Source of the DNA: Parasitella parasitica NRRL 2501
Lineage: Eukaryota > Fungi > Mucoromycota
NCBI GenBank assembly: GCA_025201805.1
Contig: MU619324.1
Coordinates: 39,834 to 103,681 of the forward strand
Reading direction: 5' to 3'
DNA: 63,848 nt
Under the pieces are notes generated by a model, which was given only the letters and a program-made list of their open reading frames with translations, was not told where the DNA came from and searched no databases. The position numbers and the translations under genes are program-made. Shown here in pieces: positions 39,792-52,500 of this stretch; the first letter of the stretch is position 1, and each line of letters opens with the position of its first letter.

Positions 39792-40713
39792 CTAATCTCT
39801 GCTATGAGGTGGCTCAACAGTTGTTGCATCGCTGTCTTTCAAATGAGGTACATGCCTTGCGTTACTTGCTGCTGTTCCATTATCGACTTCGTTCGGTACT
39901 TGTCTAAATCCTGTTGCACTATAAGGCTCAACAGTGGGAGATGACAATGAATCAGACGCAGCTACACTATCATTTCCAGAGTAAAATGCTTGTTGTGGAT
40001 AAATAGTCGTTACAACATCGTCGTAATATCCTCCCCCATCCTGGTAATGCTTGGATTCTCTGCCATCGCCTTCTCTTTCTCCTATATGGGCTAACGGTGC
40101 AACTAAATGTCTTGGTGCTGGTGATAATGATGTGATGCCTGTAGCACCAGCGCCTTCGATACCAGCAGAAGAATGACGCTGATGACCTCTGTAATAGGAA
40201 TCATCATCATCATTGACAAGATCGTTTTTCTGTTGCTCTCTTTTTCTCTTTTGTGATCGACGCATAAAGAAAAACACCAAGCCTATGCCGAATTAATTTT
40301 CATGGTGTGTGTATGTATATATACCAGTCTAGAGAACTTTACCAATTAATGCAATAAAAGCAACACCACCAACGACACCACCTACGATGGCACCTATATT
40401 TACTTCCCCGTCCCCTCCACTGCCGCTGTGATCTGCTCCTGATTGATCATTACTGTTGTTATTATTGTTGGTGCCCTTATTTGTTGGATACAGCGTTGAA
40501 TCGCTCCCAGGGACCGACGAATAGCTTGGTACATATGAGTACGATGTAGCTGTTTGGGTATAAACTACGGTACCAGCCGCAGTGATGGTAATATGAACGA
40601 CACTTGTAGCATCAGCCTGCCGTTTAGCAATTGAGACTGGCTTCGTCGGTGACAAGACACGATTCTGACCAAAAATGTCAGCAGATGTAAAATGAGCGAT
40701 ATGTTCCTACCAT
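39792..40713 (-). CDS. Single-pass membrane protein, Mid2/Wsc-like architecture
   Basis: S/T-rich ectodomain, transmembrane GAIVGGVVGGVAFIALIG|LVFFF followed by basic MRRSQKRKR; start codon uncertain. Confidence 0.65.
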
Positions 40714-41663
40714 TGATTATTTATAGCTGATCAATAATATAAAAAGGAGAAAGAGAGCCAAGATAAAGAAAAACTTTCATTTTTAAAGTTGTCATCTAAT
40801 TGCTTTCCCCTCCCCCGCCCCCGCCCCCCCTCCCCAATGCTTTCTTGGAAACTCGGATATGTGATTCATCGGAGCCACTCCGTTTCAGTGCGGAAGTAGT
40901 GATGTTTGTAAACCGAGGTAGATAATCTTTTGCATACATTACACAGCTCATTACATCTCGATTCAATGAGACTGGTTGCTATGAAGAAGTAATGAATTCC
41001 TTTCTACTTGAAAAAAAAAAAAAAAAAAAAAAAAAATTGTTGGCCATCTGCTTCTATAAATAAGAAAGGGTGATTCTGTGCAACTGTAAACTGAAACCAG
41101 CGCATTCACTTGGCATCTGGATGATTGGCATTTATTAATTAAAAAAAAAGGTAGTTGCTGTTCTGTATACAGACCTTTCTTTTGAAATTTCATGTAAATT
41201 TCTAATTAAATATGATATAATACATGTTTTTGGACTCAATTCAAATGACAAAGGTCAAGAAACTTTGGTCAATTGCTTTGGATTGTCTTGGCAAACTGTC
41301 CATCTTGTGCAAACTGTTGTGGGCATGCAAACATGTAGTTTTTGCAAAAAAAAAAAAAAAAAATCTTTTCTGTTAGCCAGTGTGCATGCAAACGTCTGAA
41401 ATACTTTTCATGTCTAAATGCAAACATTCTTGCATTAAGGTTACAAATCCAACAATAGCGTCGTTGTAACTGTATTTGAAATAATCGTGTAGCAACAAAT
41501 GTCACAGTGTTACAAACAAAAGACAAGCGACCGGTGTACAACAGAAATCACGGGTTTGATCAAGATTAAGAAAGCACTTTTAAGCTTATCAAAAGATATC
41601 GTTTGCACACGTGCCCTCACGCACCTTGGAGTTTAACGACTAAAAATTAGCTTTATTGCTGTA

Positions 41664-43029
41664 TCATTGCATCTCGCTTTCTTCAAATAGTTGTCTTTCC
41701 ATTGTTTCGTGTCGCAAATTATAGGCCTCTGCAAGTATCTAAATAAAGAAATTAAACGACGATCCATTATCAACATTATAATAGCTGCTTACAGGCTGCA
41801 TGTCCATACAAGGCAGACGAAGTAGCATGGTCCGGATTTCGGATTGCTCAAGATCTTCTAGGTTCTCTCTGGCATTTCTTAATATAGCTAAAGAAAGAGA
41901 GTCAATATTCCACTTTCAAATCGAGCGTTTTCTGCTGAATTTACCAAGACAAACAAAAGGGTGGAATTCTAACGGATCAGGCATTGCAAAATAAGAGTCT
42001 AATCGAGCAAATGAGATGTGAATCCAACAGCCAAAAAAAAAAAAAGCACACAAATTACCCCATAACCGAACAAGATTTGCAAATTTCATCTCTTTCGATA
42101 GCAAATATTGCAGCCAAGATGTTGTGAATTCATTCAGATCGACTTCTTCCTCTTCAAAGTAATTTCGTCTGGGAGAGTAGTACAAGAATTAGTTGGTTGG
42201 AGATTACAAGACATCACGCGGTTCGAGAGAAATACTCACAAATCTGGTAAAACGTATCGAAAAAGCGTCATGAAATTCGCAACATGCTTTTTCACCGTAT
42301 TACTGGTATCATATTCATCCACTGTATATTTAAAAAGCATCAGTTATCTAGTATTACATTGCAACACTTGTCAAACTCATACCAATAGCCTGCATCAATC
42401 TTTCAAAGCAAAAATAAGCATCACACTCCTTTTCAAGTGTATATATAAACGGTGCACTCAACGTAATAAGAGCAGGGTGATATTCTACATCTCGATTTGT
42501 GTTTAAGAATGCTGTAATAATATTTGTAAATCTTTCCGCGTAGTGTTTGCCGGCTAACTCAGGTGTTCGTAGTTGATATCGAGACACTTCGCCCCGAACT
42601 TTCCTAGCTAGATCTGGATCAGTTTTGTCGATTTGATCGTATTCTTCACTTCTGGCCTTGGAACTGGTCAATTCTTTGGCTGTTTATACAAGCATTTTTA
42701 ACATCAAGCTTTGCTCAAAATGTCATACTAAACACATATTTACATCGATCTGCTTGCTCTACACCCAGGAGAAACTTCCAAACTTCCTGAATTTACCAAA
42801 AAGACATATTAGATTTACTGCAGCAGAGGCAAAGGATATTTGTTACCCCGCGTAATTCATTAGGAACACCATGTCGAGCTAATATCCGCAGTCTTTCAAG
42901 ATCTACATAGACTTCAGATTGCAAAATTTCATTGAAATCGTTCAATATAGACAGGGCTTCATCTTGCTGCATATTATTTTGATATAATTGCTGTCTTTGT
43001 CGAGTAACGTTAGACTGAAGTTGAAGCAT
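41664..43029 (-). CDS. TBC-domain Rab GTPase-activating protein
   Basis: LERLRILARHGVPNELRG|EVWKFLLG, ECDAYFCFERLM, SWLQYLLSKEM...VRLW|DSYF, HPFVCL; multi-exon. Confidence 0.85.
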
Positions 43030-43749
43030 ACGGTGTATAGCGGAAGAAATTTACTGTCAAGGGAAAAAGAAAGTAAGAAGAGATAAAGAGAAAAAAAAAA
43101 TTTGACTCCTGCTGAGACAAAGAACAAGAAGAAACAGGGACTTTTAAAACCATTCAATTCAATGGAAAAAATATCGGACGGGAGAAGGTAAATTCAAATA
43201 ATTATCAGGCTTTTATTTACCCTGTTGTACTACTTGAAGCCTCTTCCGTCGGTCTTTATCCTTGTCATGCCATAAGATCAAGAAAAAAAAAACAGGCTAA
43301 AATTGCTCAAATGAATTATCAAGTAAATATTTGTAAACATGCACTATATTAACTGCTGCTTGTCCCTATGCAGAAAATACCAAATTCAACAGACAGGAGC
43401 GCATATTTATTGTCGTCTTTAAGCCTTATGTAATCTATGAATATTTCGCGCAACCCCCTCCGCTCCCCCCCCCCCCTTTTTCTCAGAAAGAAATTTATGG
43501 TTCGCGAATATGATTCAATTCATGACATAGTAGATAAATGAAATGCGATTAGATTTCATCATACAGACCTAGTTGCTGTGTGGATATATGTTTGAGAACT
43601 ACCTTTCTCTTTGGAATACCAATACACAACTATCGCTTGCGCAAAGTATCTCTATTTTGAATAATTTATGGACTCTTTAGTTGTTACAATCGACGAAACA
43701 AATTTGGGCCAATGAAAATAAAATTTGGTTATTCCAAAATTGAATTGGA

Positions 43750-43860
43750 CACGGATGCGAAAGCGGGACGCGATTGTAGCTTTTCAAGATTTCTTACCTC
43801 GTAAAACCTTTTAAGCCGTCAACTTACCAAAGTGAGTCGAGGCAACCACATTGGAGGTGG
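43750..43860 (-). ncRNA. Candidate Fanzor omegaRNA scaffold / element right end
   Basis: Overlaps the Fanzor stop codon; nested stems UGUGGUU/AGCUACA and GCCUCG/CGAGGU on the minus strand; GC-rich block CGCGTCCCGCTTTCGCATCCGTG ends abruptly at AT-rich flank. Confidence 0.5.
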
Positions 43861-44400
43861 CGTGTTGTCTTTGAAAGACATTGGGGTGGCCATTACCACT
43901 CCAGATCGAAGTGAAAATGATAAAACATTCTTTTGCAGCGGAAACATCACGATTGCACCAAATATTGCAAGTGGTACAATTCAATACTCGGTGGATTCGT
44001 TTGGCATTTTCACCTTCGCCGGATGTTTTAAAGCAAGGGTTGCCGATCTACAAGGATTCTGTTTAAAACATGTGATATATTACTAATCTTGGAGGCTTTA
44101 CGCTCATTTAAATCTCCAAGTAGCAATTCTCCAAGTCTGCCTTTATGCTGCAATTTCCCATATATCTTATTAGAGACGCCGTGTCTAAGATCTTTGAACT
44201 TCATGTCGTCTTTGTTGTTGAAGCCATCGCCGTAGATCACAAAAGGCATTTTCTTGTGATCACATCCTTCGAAGCATACCAAACGCTTTTTGCCCCTACT
44301 GACACAGATAGAGCCGTTCCTGAATCTGAGTTTAACAAAGCGACCGTTGTGGTCATATCTATTCTTATTGAAGAGAATTTCTTCCCGTATAATTTGGAAT
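43811..44400 (-). pseudogene. Second Fanzor pseudogene (C-terminal RuvC-II, zinc finger, RuvC-III), divergent from the first
   Basis: KMPFVIYGDG...LRHGVSNKIY...LLLGDLNERKASK, a 40-nt intron-like interruption (44048-44087, donor mutated), then IGNPC...RIHRVLNCTTCNIWCNRDVSAAK...; stop at 43811-43813; RuvC-I missing. Confidence 0.85.
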
Positions 44401-44502
44401 GTGTATTCTTTAAATATGGAAGATCATCTCTGTTCTCTCAATATATAGGACACAACGAAATGTTGTGTATATATGTTATTTTAATGTAATTAAGACTTAC
44501 TG

Positions 44503-46816
44503 AACATAGCAAAATCTGAAAAATAATCAAAGATGCATAAAACTCGGATATGTTGTAGTTTGACATAAAAGAAAAAAAGATTTTGGCTCAAGGTTGTGTC
44601 TTTGTCGCTTAATAGTTTGCAAAGATATCAGAAATTGCATTATACGCCTCTAAGCGGTGGAAAAAGGTAATATTTCAGATTTGGTGATAATTCTTTCATC
44701 CAAAAATGAAGTTATACAAAAATGATTTTTGACCCCATATTATGCAGTATCTCAGCTATCGATTCATATTAAGACATACCCAAATTACCTATTAGCATAA
44801 TGCTTTGCTCCTCAATTGAAAATAGGTGGTGGTGCACTCATTGACAGCAACTGAATAGGCTGTAGATTCAATCTCAGCACTGTGTGTCCATTTGGCCCAA
44901 ACCAGATTCGCAGTTTTTTTTGCATAGTTCATTGCTGGATATCTCAAGAAAGTAATAGGTATATCGGATATGCATTCTAAATGTTTTATAACAATAAATA
45001 AATTCTGCATCCAGCCATGTAAATTACAAGGCTATTCAAACATATTTTCTTATTACCAATTTTCAAATATTCAAAAAACGCCCTTTTTGATAGTTTTTGA
45101 AAAAAATCAAGCATATGTTGAGCAAATTCAGCTCTATAAAGTTGACCAAACAAACCATCCTGTCAATATCTACACGTCAATATTTTGTTCAAGACTGTAG
45201 CTTTAGTATTTCTGCCAAAAATTAAAATTTTGTCTCGACCAAAACCAATCAACATTTTTTCGTCCCTAGACTTACAGGGCCAAAATGGAGCCATTCAAAA
45301 GGGTAAAAAACCATACTGTTTTTCGCCATTATCTCGCTCAAACATTGACATTTTTTAACCAAACAAAAACCATTCCGTAGCTATCTTGTAGCTCTATGTT
45401 TACATTGCTATATTATGTATCTTTAAATACTATTTTTTGCTTTGAAAATTACAAAAATAAATCAAGCCTCTGCTAAAAACATATGAAAAAATATTTTTTT
45501 CGACATATTTATCTAAAAACTTATACATCTAGTAGAGAATCAAGTTTTACAAAGATTTTAATAATAACTAAAGTCAAAGTGGTTTAGTGGTTTTTTGAGA
45601 AGCAGGCGGACAAAGTTTAGCGTAAAAAGACAAAATTGGCCCAAGCTTGTCGAATTCGAGCTTAAACACAACATGGTTTATACCAGTAGGTGTACCAAAA
45701 CGCGCTTTATTACTTTACTTAGAAACTTGAACTTGGTTTAGTTGCAAAATAGGGTACTTGTTATAGGACCATATGCTGTAAAAATTGGAAAATATCTGCA
45801 AAATTTGGTTTTGGGAATATCTTGACAGCAAAGATAGATATCGAGAATCGAAAGACGTAGTGAGATACAGTTATCATACCAGTACTTGGATGTGTACTTG
45901 CTTTGGACCTCAAATCCGTACCTAAAAATGACCCTGAAGGTTGACCCAAAGTTGAAAAGTGAAAATCGAATATGAGGTTTGGGGTCCAAACAGAGCAAAA
46001 TGAGAAAAGTGGTGATCAGTGGATGATAGTTGGGTATGTTGTAGAATGGTGTAAAAGAACAGGATTTTGGCTCAAGGTTGTGTGTCTATTGCTTAATAGT
46101 TTGTAAAGATATTAGAGATTGCAAATAGATGCCTTTAAGCGGAGAAAAGGGTGATATTTCAGATTTGCTAATATTTATTTCATCCATAAATGAAGGTATA
46201 TAAACATGGCTTTTTTGAGGCCGTATTATACAGTATCTCAGCTATCGATTAATATCAAGAAATAACCAGATTGCTTATAGAGTTCAAGTTTTGTTCCTCA
46301 ATTGAGAATAAGAGGTGGACTCATTTACAGCAACAAAACAGGCTGTAAATTGAATCTCAGCAGTGTGTCTCTATTTGGCTCCAAACCAGATTCGAGGATT
46401 TTTTGCATACTTCATTGTTACATATCTCAAGAAAGTAATAGGTATGTCGGGTAGGTATACAAAGTGTTTTATGACAATAAAGAAATTATGCATCTTTTCA
46501 TATACATTACGAGGCTATAAAAACAATTTTTTTTTATTACCAATTTTCAAATATTCCTTTTTTGATAGTTTATTAGTAAAATCAGATGAATTTTGAGCAA
46601 ATCCGACTCTATAAACTTGTCCAAACGAATCATCATCTCAATACCTACACATGAATATCTTGTTTATGACTGTAGCTTTATTATTTCTGCCAAAACATGA
46701 AATTTTGTCTTGACCAAATTGAATCTACAATTTTTCGGCCCTATGACAGAGGGCCAAAATGAAGCCATTCAGAAGGGTAAAAATCGATTCCGTTTTTCGC
46801 CATTATCTCCCTCAAA
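44503..46816. repeat. ~1.55 tandem units of the ~1.48-kb AT-rich repeat
   Basis: ttttggctcaaggttgtg at 44581 and ~46065, aatctcagca at ~44870 and ~46353, ttttcgccattatctc at ~45320 and ~46794; second unit is more diverged. Confidence 0.92.
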
Positions 46817-47690
46817 TTTTTTTTGTTTTTTACTTTTCTGTTCTCTGGTATATCCAGCGGACTGTGATACATACTCTATTATGCTGCTTCTCGATGTATT
46901 GTCGTCTTTCAAAAGACTTGGTATATTTTCATATTGCGCGTAATAGACATCGTTCAGCTGCTTTAGTCCATTCACGCATTTAATATCTTGATCAAGAATC
47001 TTTGCGTAGACGTCGAGGGATACGCGATATAGCATATCTATAGTTGGATCGGTGTTTCTTGGAGCCAGATCAATTGATGTAGCTTGATTGGTCATAAATA
47101 AACCGAAAGCAGCAAATGGATCTAATTCAGAATCCTGAGAAATGTAATCTTGAATACTATTCTTGTCCATAACATAGCACAAATAAGGAAGAATAAGCTA
47201 CAAGTTGTAATTGAATCTCTTGCAAGGTTCTTTGGCTTATTCAAATATTGCATCAAGATCAGATCGCGGCATGTCGGGAAGACATCCTACCCAATCTTCT
47301 CTTTAATGCAAAATAGAAGAGTAGGTCTGTCCTGGAAATGCTGTGATTTAATAAGGTTTGACACTTCTTGTCAAACATCAGATGTTATGTGAATAAACAT
47401 TGATTAGGATATATTATAGTATAAATAGAGATCATATTTTATGTCAATAAAAGTCTTCAGTTTTTTAACTAGTTTTATTCAGAAAAAGCATACCATTTAC
47501 ACAGCGTTTTGCTACGCCCTTTGACACTGGCACAGCGCACACTGCTGCTTTCGGATTCCAGGTTGGCGATGTAAAGACCCGCACTTTTTCCAATGAACTA
47601 TTGGCAATGAAGCCATTTTCTCCAGATATGTAGTCAGTAGAGCCAATTCTTTGTTTGCTAGGGTCGCTTTGGTATCAACACAATTTCCTG
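46817..47690 (-). pseudogene. Unknown 'ORF X' pseudogene, interrupted at its 3' end by the 1.48-kb repeat
   Basis: Frame ...DMPRSDLDAIFE*AKEPCKRFNYNL*LILPYLCYVMDKNSIQDY...KSKKQKK with in-frame stops; possible upstream exon at ~47500-47690; homologous fragment at 8997-9072. Confidence 0.55.
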
Positions 47691-47905
47691 CAAAATTTGG
47701 TTTTTATGAAATGAAAAAAAAAAAAAGAAAAAAAAAAGAACGATATTGGATATGTTTATTCATAAGCAGTACAGAGTAATTAAAGATACCTTGATTTATT
47801 TACAGAAGAATTTGACTAAAATGATATTAATATATAGGTAAATACGCAAAAGAAATTTCGTAATAAATAATAAAGAGCGAGAGGGGGAGGGGGTATAGGT
47901 GATTG

Positions 47906-49489
47906 TTAATGTATTTTACAAATCCTCATCTCGTAGCATATCTGCGTTAAAAAAAAAATCAATAAATAAGGCAGCTTTGACATATCTGAACATTTGAATT
48001 GACGTTTACCTGACCAGATGCTATGGTTCATCGAATCCATCAATCCTTCGGATACTTCGGTTGGCATTTCTACATTACCGTCAATGAGGAGCCAAGTCTG
48101 TCTTGTAGCAGGACTAAGCGCAGGAAATGGCGAAAACGGGGATAATGCACTGCTGAAAGCACTGCGGCCAGTGCTCTCTATTTCTGAACTAGCGTTGGGC
48201 GAAGATGGCACACTGTTTGTACCAGGAGCAACCATAAGTGAAAGTCCACCACCAGAATAAGTGGGGTCATACTGGTTCTCCATTGAAAATGTAGACATTG
48301 GAGATGCAGGAACACTTGCTGATCCAGCTGAGACAGGGGACGATAGTTCGGTATTTGCAGAAGTGTTATCAATGACGATACGAGGTACTATGACGGATTT
48401 TTTTTTTTTTTTTTTTTTAGTTTAAAGCTGCTGGCTGGCTGGCTGAATAATAAGAAAAGTTACCTGGGGGTGATGTCTTGTTGATACCTGGCGCCATGTT
48501 AAAGTAATTAATAGGGCTATCCAGAGTGTTTTTCGTGCCGTGAGCCAAGGTACCAAATTCGAAATGGCTAGCATTAGTGACACCCAATTTCTTTACTTCG
48601 TCCTCATCTCGTTTCATCCATAGTTGGCGCACAAATCTTCTTTTTTGTATCTGAGCAAGAAAGAATCCTGCAGCCTTCTCGAGATGATATTCTTGGGTGA
48701 GTTGTTCTATCTTTTCTAGACGGGCAATCAACGGATCCAAGCTATTGACAAGCAATTAGAAAAATGCGAAGATAAGCGCGTAGGGGCAGTTCATACGTTA
48801 ACGATGTGGAGATGTCAATAAAACGATACGACATGATAGTAAGGACACTTGCAAATGGGATGCCTTTGGAGGTTTCCGATCTCAAAATTTCCTGGTGTTC
48901 CACTTTACATTAATAAAAGCACCTCTCAATATAAAAGTAAGAAAAAAAAACTAACCTTAAAATAAAGATTGTATTCAAATCTATTTTTTCTCACTTGCTC
49001 AACATCCATCTTGCCAAGACATTTGTTGACTCCATAAACGTTTATAAGCCGTTCTTCGGTAGGTTGGCTGCTGTGGCCGCTTTTAGCTCCTGGTGACTTG
49101 TTGGATTTGTTTGGAGATCTGCCTGAGGATTTTGCTCCTGGTGATTTAGCACTGGGTGATTTTGTATAGCTTGAAAGGTGTTTGTCAAAGCTTTGATGGC
49201 TAGCTTTCAAAATATTATCGACAGTGTGTTGGTCATCATAGATTCTGAAGCGGAAACGGCCAGTGAACTTTCGCAGCAATTTGGCGACATCCTCTTTTTG
49301 AATATAACCAGTTCCTTTGGTGTCAATGTCTGCCCAAGCATGCTTAAACCTGCAAATTCAAAATGCTTTGAGTAAACGCAAATATTAGGCATCAGTATGA
49401 ACTTACATGCGCAGATCAGCTTTAGTAATATTTGTAAAACGGGTTCTTGTTTCATATGCATACTCGAAATTACTGATAATGACCTATTA

Positions 49490-49557
<68 letters not shown>

Positions 49558-52500
49558 CATCAAGAGAATGCCTCTGTTTATAAATACGGAATATATATAT
49601 ACTTACAGCAGTGAATAAATTCATGAAAATATGTGTACAGACAATGTAAAAGATGTTGAATAGAAAGTATGCCCAAAAGGGAGAGCCACAATCGTCTTCA
49701 AGATAGTTACTTGATCGATTACAGTTTGGAAACTGAACAGTGTAATCAATAAGGAGTGCATTCCACGCTTCACCGGTAGTTGCCCGTACTAGCAAAAGTA
49801 ATGCATTTCCATAGTCTCTGAAATTGGAGTGAGGTCCGCCATAGATACCATATTTTGTGAGACCAAAAAACTCCATAAACAGCATTGCAAACAAGCACAT
49901 GGCTACCATAAAAACTGCAGAGACTTGGATAATAGACGGCATTGATTTGGCGATGGTGTGATAAAGAGTTTGCAGCGAATCAATACCTTCGCCTAAACGA
50001 AAAGCAGCCAACACCAGGCAGTATCGCTCAACGCGCAATGTCCATAGATCAGGCAAGGCAAAGCGAAGAATGAGAAGCAATAAGGCGCAACTAGCGATGA
50101 CACAGTCAAACCAGTTCCATTTACTTCGGATCCACTACATGTTTCAGACTGTCAGCAAGCAATTAGCCAACATTGTCTCCAAAGAAAAACCTTACCTTCT
50201 TCCAACCAAGACCGAGCAGTTTGATAATGCATTCAGCAACGTAGATGATGGTGAATCCTAAATACGAGTAATCCTGCACTTGTTCAAGCCAATAAGGTTC
50301 GTTCTGGAATTCGCTTGCAATTGCAACAATGTTCAAACATATCACAGACATCATCAGCCGATTGAATTTGCCATGCTTTTTGATTACCATGTCATGGCAT
50401 ATTTGTCGAATCTTTGATTCCGGGCGAAACACTTTGATCGTTGGTCTGACGTTGGACAGTAAACGTTGCAGATCAATGTATTTTCGTTGAGCAGTAGTCA
50501 ATGTTGTGATGCCGTTCCTTTCCTTGAATTTTTCAATAATGACGCCGACAAAGAGCTGCATTGTCCCTTGAGAAATGATCATAAAAATAATGTAGAAAAT
50601 GCCATGATACACTGTCTTTGAGTACCAGTTGAATGAGGGCTGTTGATCCGGTTCATGTGGCGTACTCATAGCGCTAAACATAGAATCTACCCAACCTTCC
50701 GTTGATGTGAGCGAGAATAGATGCTGCAGGGCTAGAGGAAAGCTATCGTAGGATATGAATCCATTCTGAGGGTTTTGCCATACGCGAGGAATCCAGACAT
50801 TGACATCGATGCCATCGTCACTGCTGATATTGAGCTCGTATTCTCCAATGCACTCTCCTCTCGATCCCACAGTTTCGTCATTGCAGATCCACATAAGCCC
50901 ACCAAAAATATTAACGCCATACACGGCAAAAGGTACCAGGACCAGAAAAGTAAATATCAAGGCATCAAACATGAGAGGGAACGCATAAAACAGAGCAACA
51001 AAGATATCACGCACGCCGTTAAAGTATCGAATCAGTCGAAGAATACGTAGACTTCGAAATGTGCTCAACCCACGAGGCACCTCTTCAGAACTCATGAAAA
51101 TTGTGATAATATTGAGCAAAATCACACACAGATCCAGCTGATTCCAATGATTGCGGAGATAGCCGTTGGGTGTCAACAGCAATCCATCAGCAACAATGCG
51201 AATACTGACTTCCACGATAAAGACAATACTGAGCGCAACCTCAATTGTGTCATAAATATCTTGTTTGGAAGTGTCCTTTCTGATCAAACGAGTCGAGGGT
51301 TCGTCTAGAATCACCATCAGAATACTAACGAGCACGCATGCCATAACCATCCAATTGAACAGGTTGTGCTTTTCTGCCTGTCCGTCGTTACTGGATCCAA
51401 CCAGCTTCTTGCAGTAATAACGAAACCGACTTCTGTTTGAAAACATGAACAAGGAGTTCACCACAGGCGTGTTTTCTTTCATGGCTTCTCGGTTCTCGTC
51501 AGCAGCAATTATATCATAATCGTCGGGCATTTCTTCTGTATCCTGAATAAAAGGATTTCTAGTTGAAGATTGGTTAGTCAGCCAATCGTTAATACATGTG
51601 CATTTATCTTTGCTATCTTACATTGGAGCAGACTTGATACTGGTTGCTTTCCGCAAAAATGGAATCCGTTGTCGAATGCCTGAAAAAAATACCGTCAGCT
51701 TTCTTTCGGCCCAAGAAGGCTGCTTCAGTTCATCTTCGTCTCGTTCCTTTGGTAGGTCTGTCAGCAGTTCTGTCAAGTCTGATCTAGTCAATGGCGCTGT
51801 CAGACTAGCAGGTAGTTTTGATATTTGGATGCTCTTGTTTTCGTTGAAATAGTAGAACGGTCGAAACAATTTCAACAGGATGGTCTCTGTCCTGTCCTTG
51901 TCCTTGAACCGATGACGATAGATAAAGTCTTTGATCTGATAATGTCGAATATAATCATCGTTCAACTCGAAATTCTCCAGCACAACAGCAATGTAAAGGC
52001 CTGACATGATGTATCGGCCGAAAGCAAAGTAGAGTGAAAGAGCTATAGCGGCATAGATTGAACCTTGGCCATGCTGGCTAGCCATTGCATTGTAGAGAAC
52101 ATCCTGATAAAAAAAAAAAAAGTAGTGCATGAGTAATATGGTTCTTGTCGACGTTTCCTAAATGCTTACAGTCCATCTCTCACTGGTATATACGACAATG
52201 AGAGACACAAATGACTCCCAAAATGTGTCAAAGCGGTTTTCAGTTTCGTCCGGAGACACGATATCGTTATAGTCGCCACCAAACATTTGCATAAATACAG
52301 TAGAGCAGAGCGCTGTTGCCAAGATAAGGAATACCATGACGTAAAAGACGCTTTCTCCCGTGCCCAAAGCAGCAGACTATACCCTTGTTAGATACGACCT
52401 TGCGCCCGAAACAAAATAGCTACTTACCAGCAATCGTCTTACTCGAGGAATACATATGAACAGTCGATACAGCCTCAATATCTGGAATATAGTCAGGTAC

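Noticed and set aside
43741-47700. Complete TIR/TSD-bounded Fanzor transposon
   Set aside because: I could not find a matching second terminus (...CATCCGTG) or a duplicated flank in the window.
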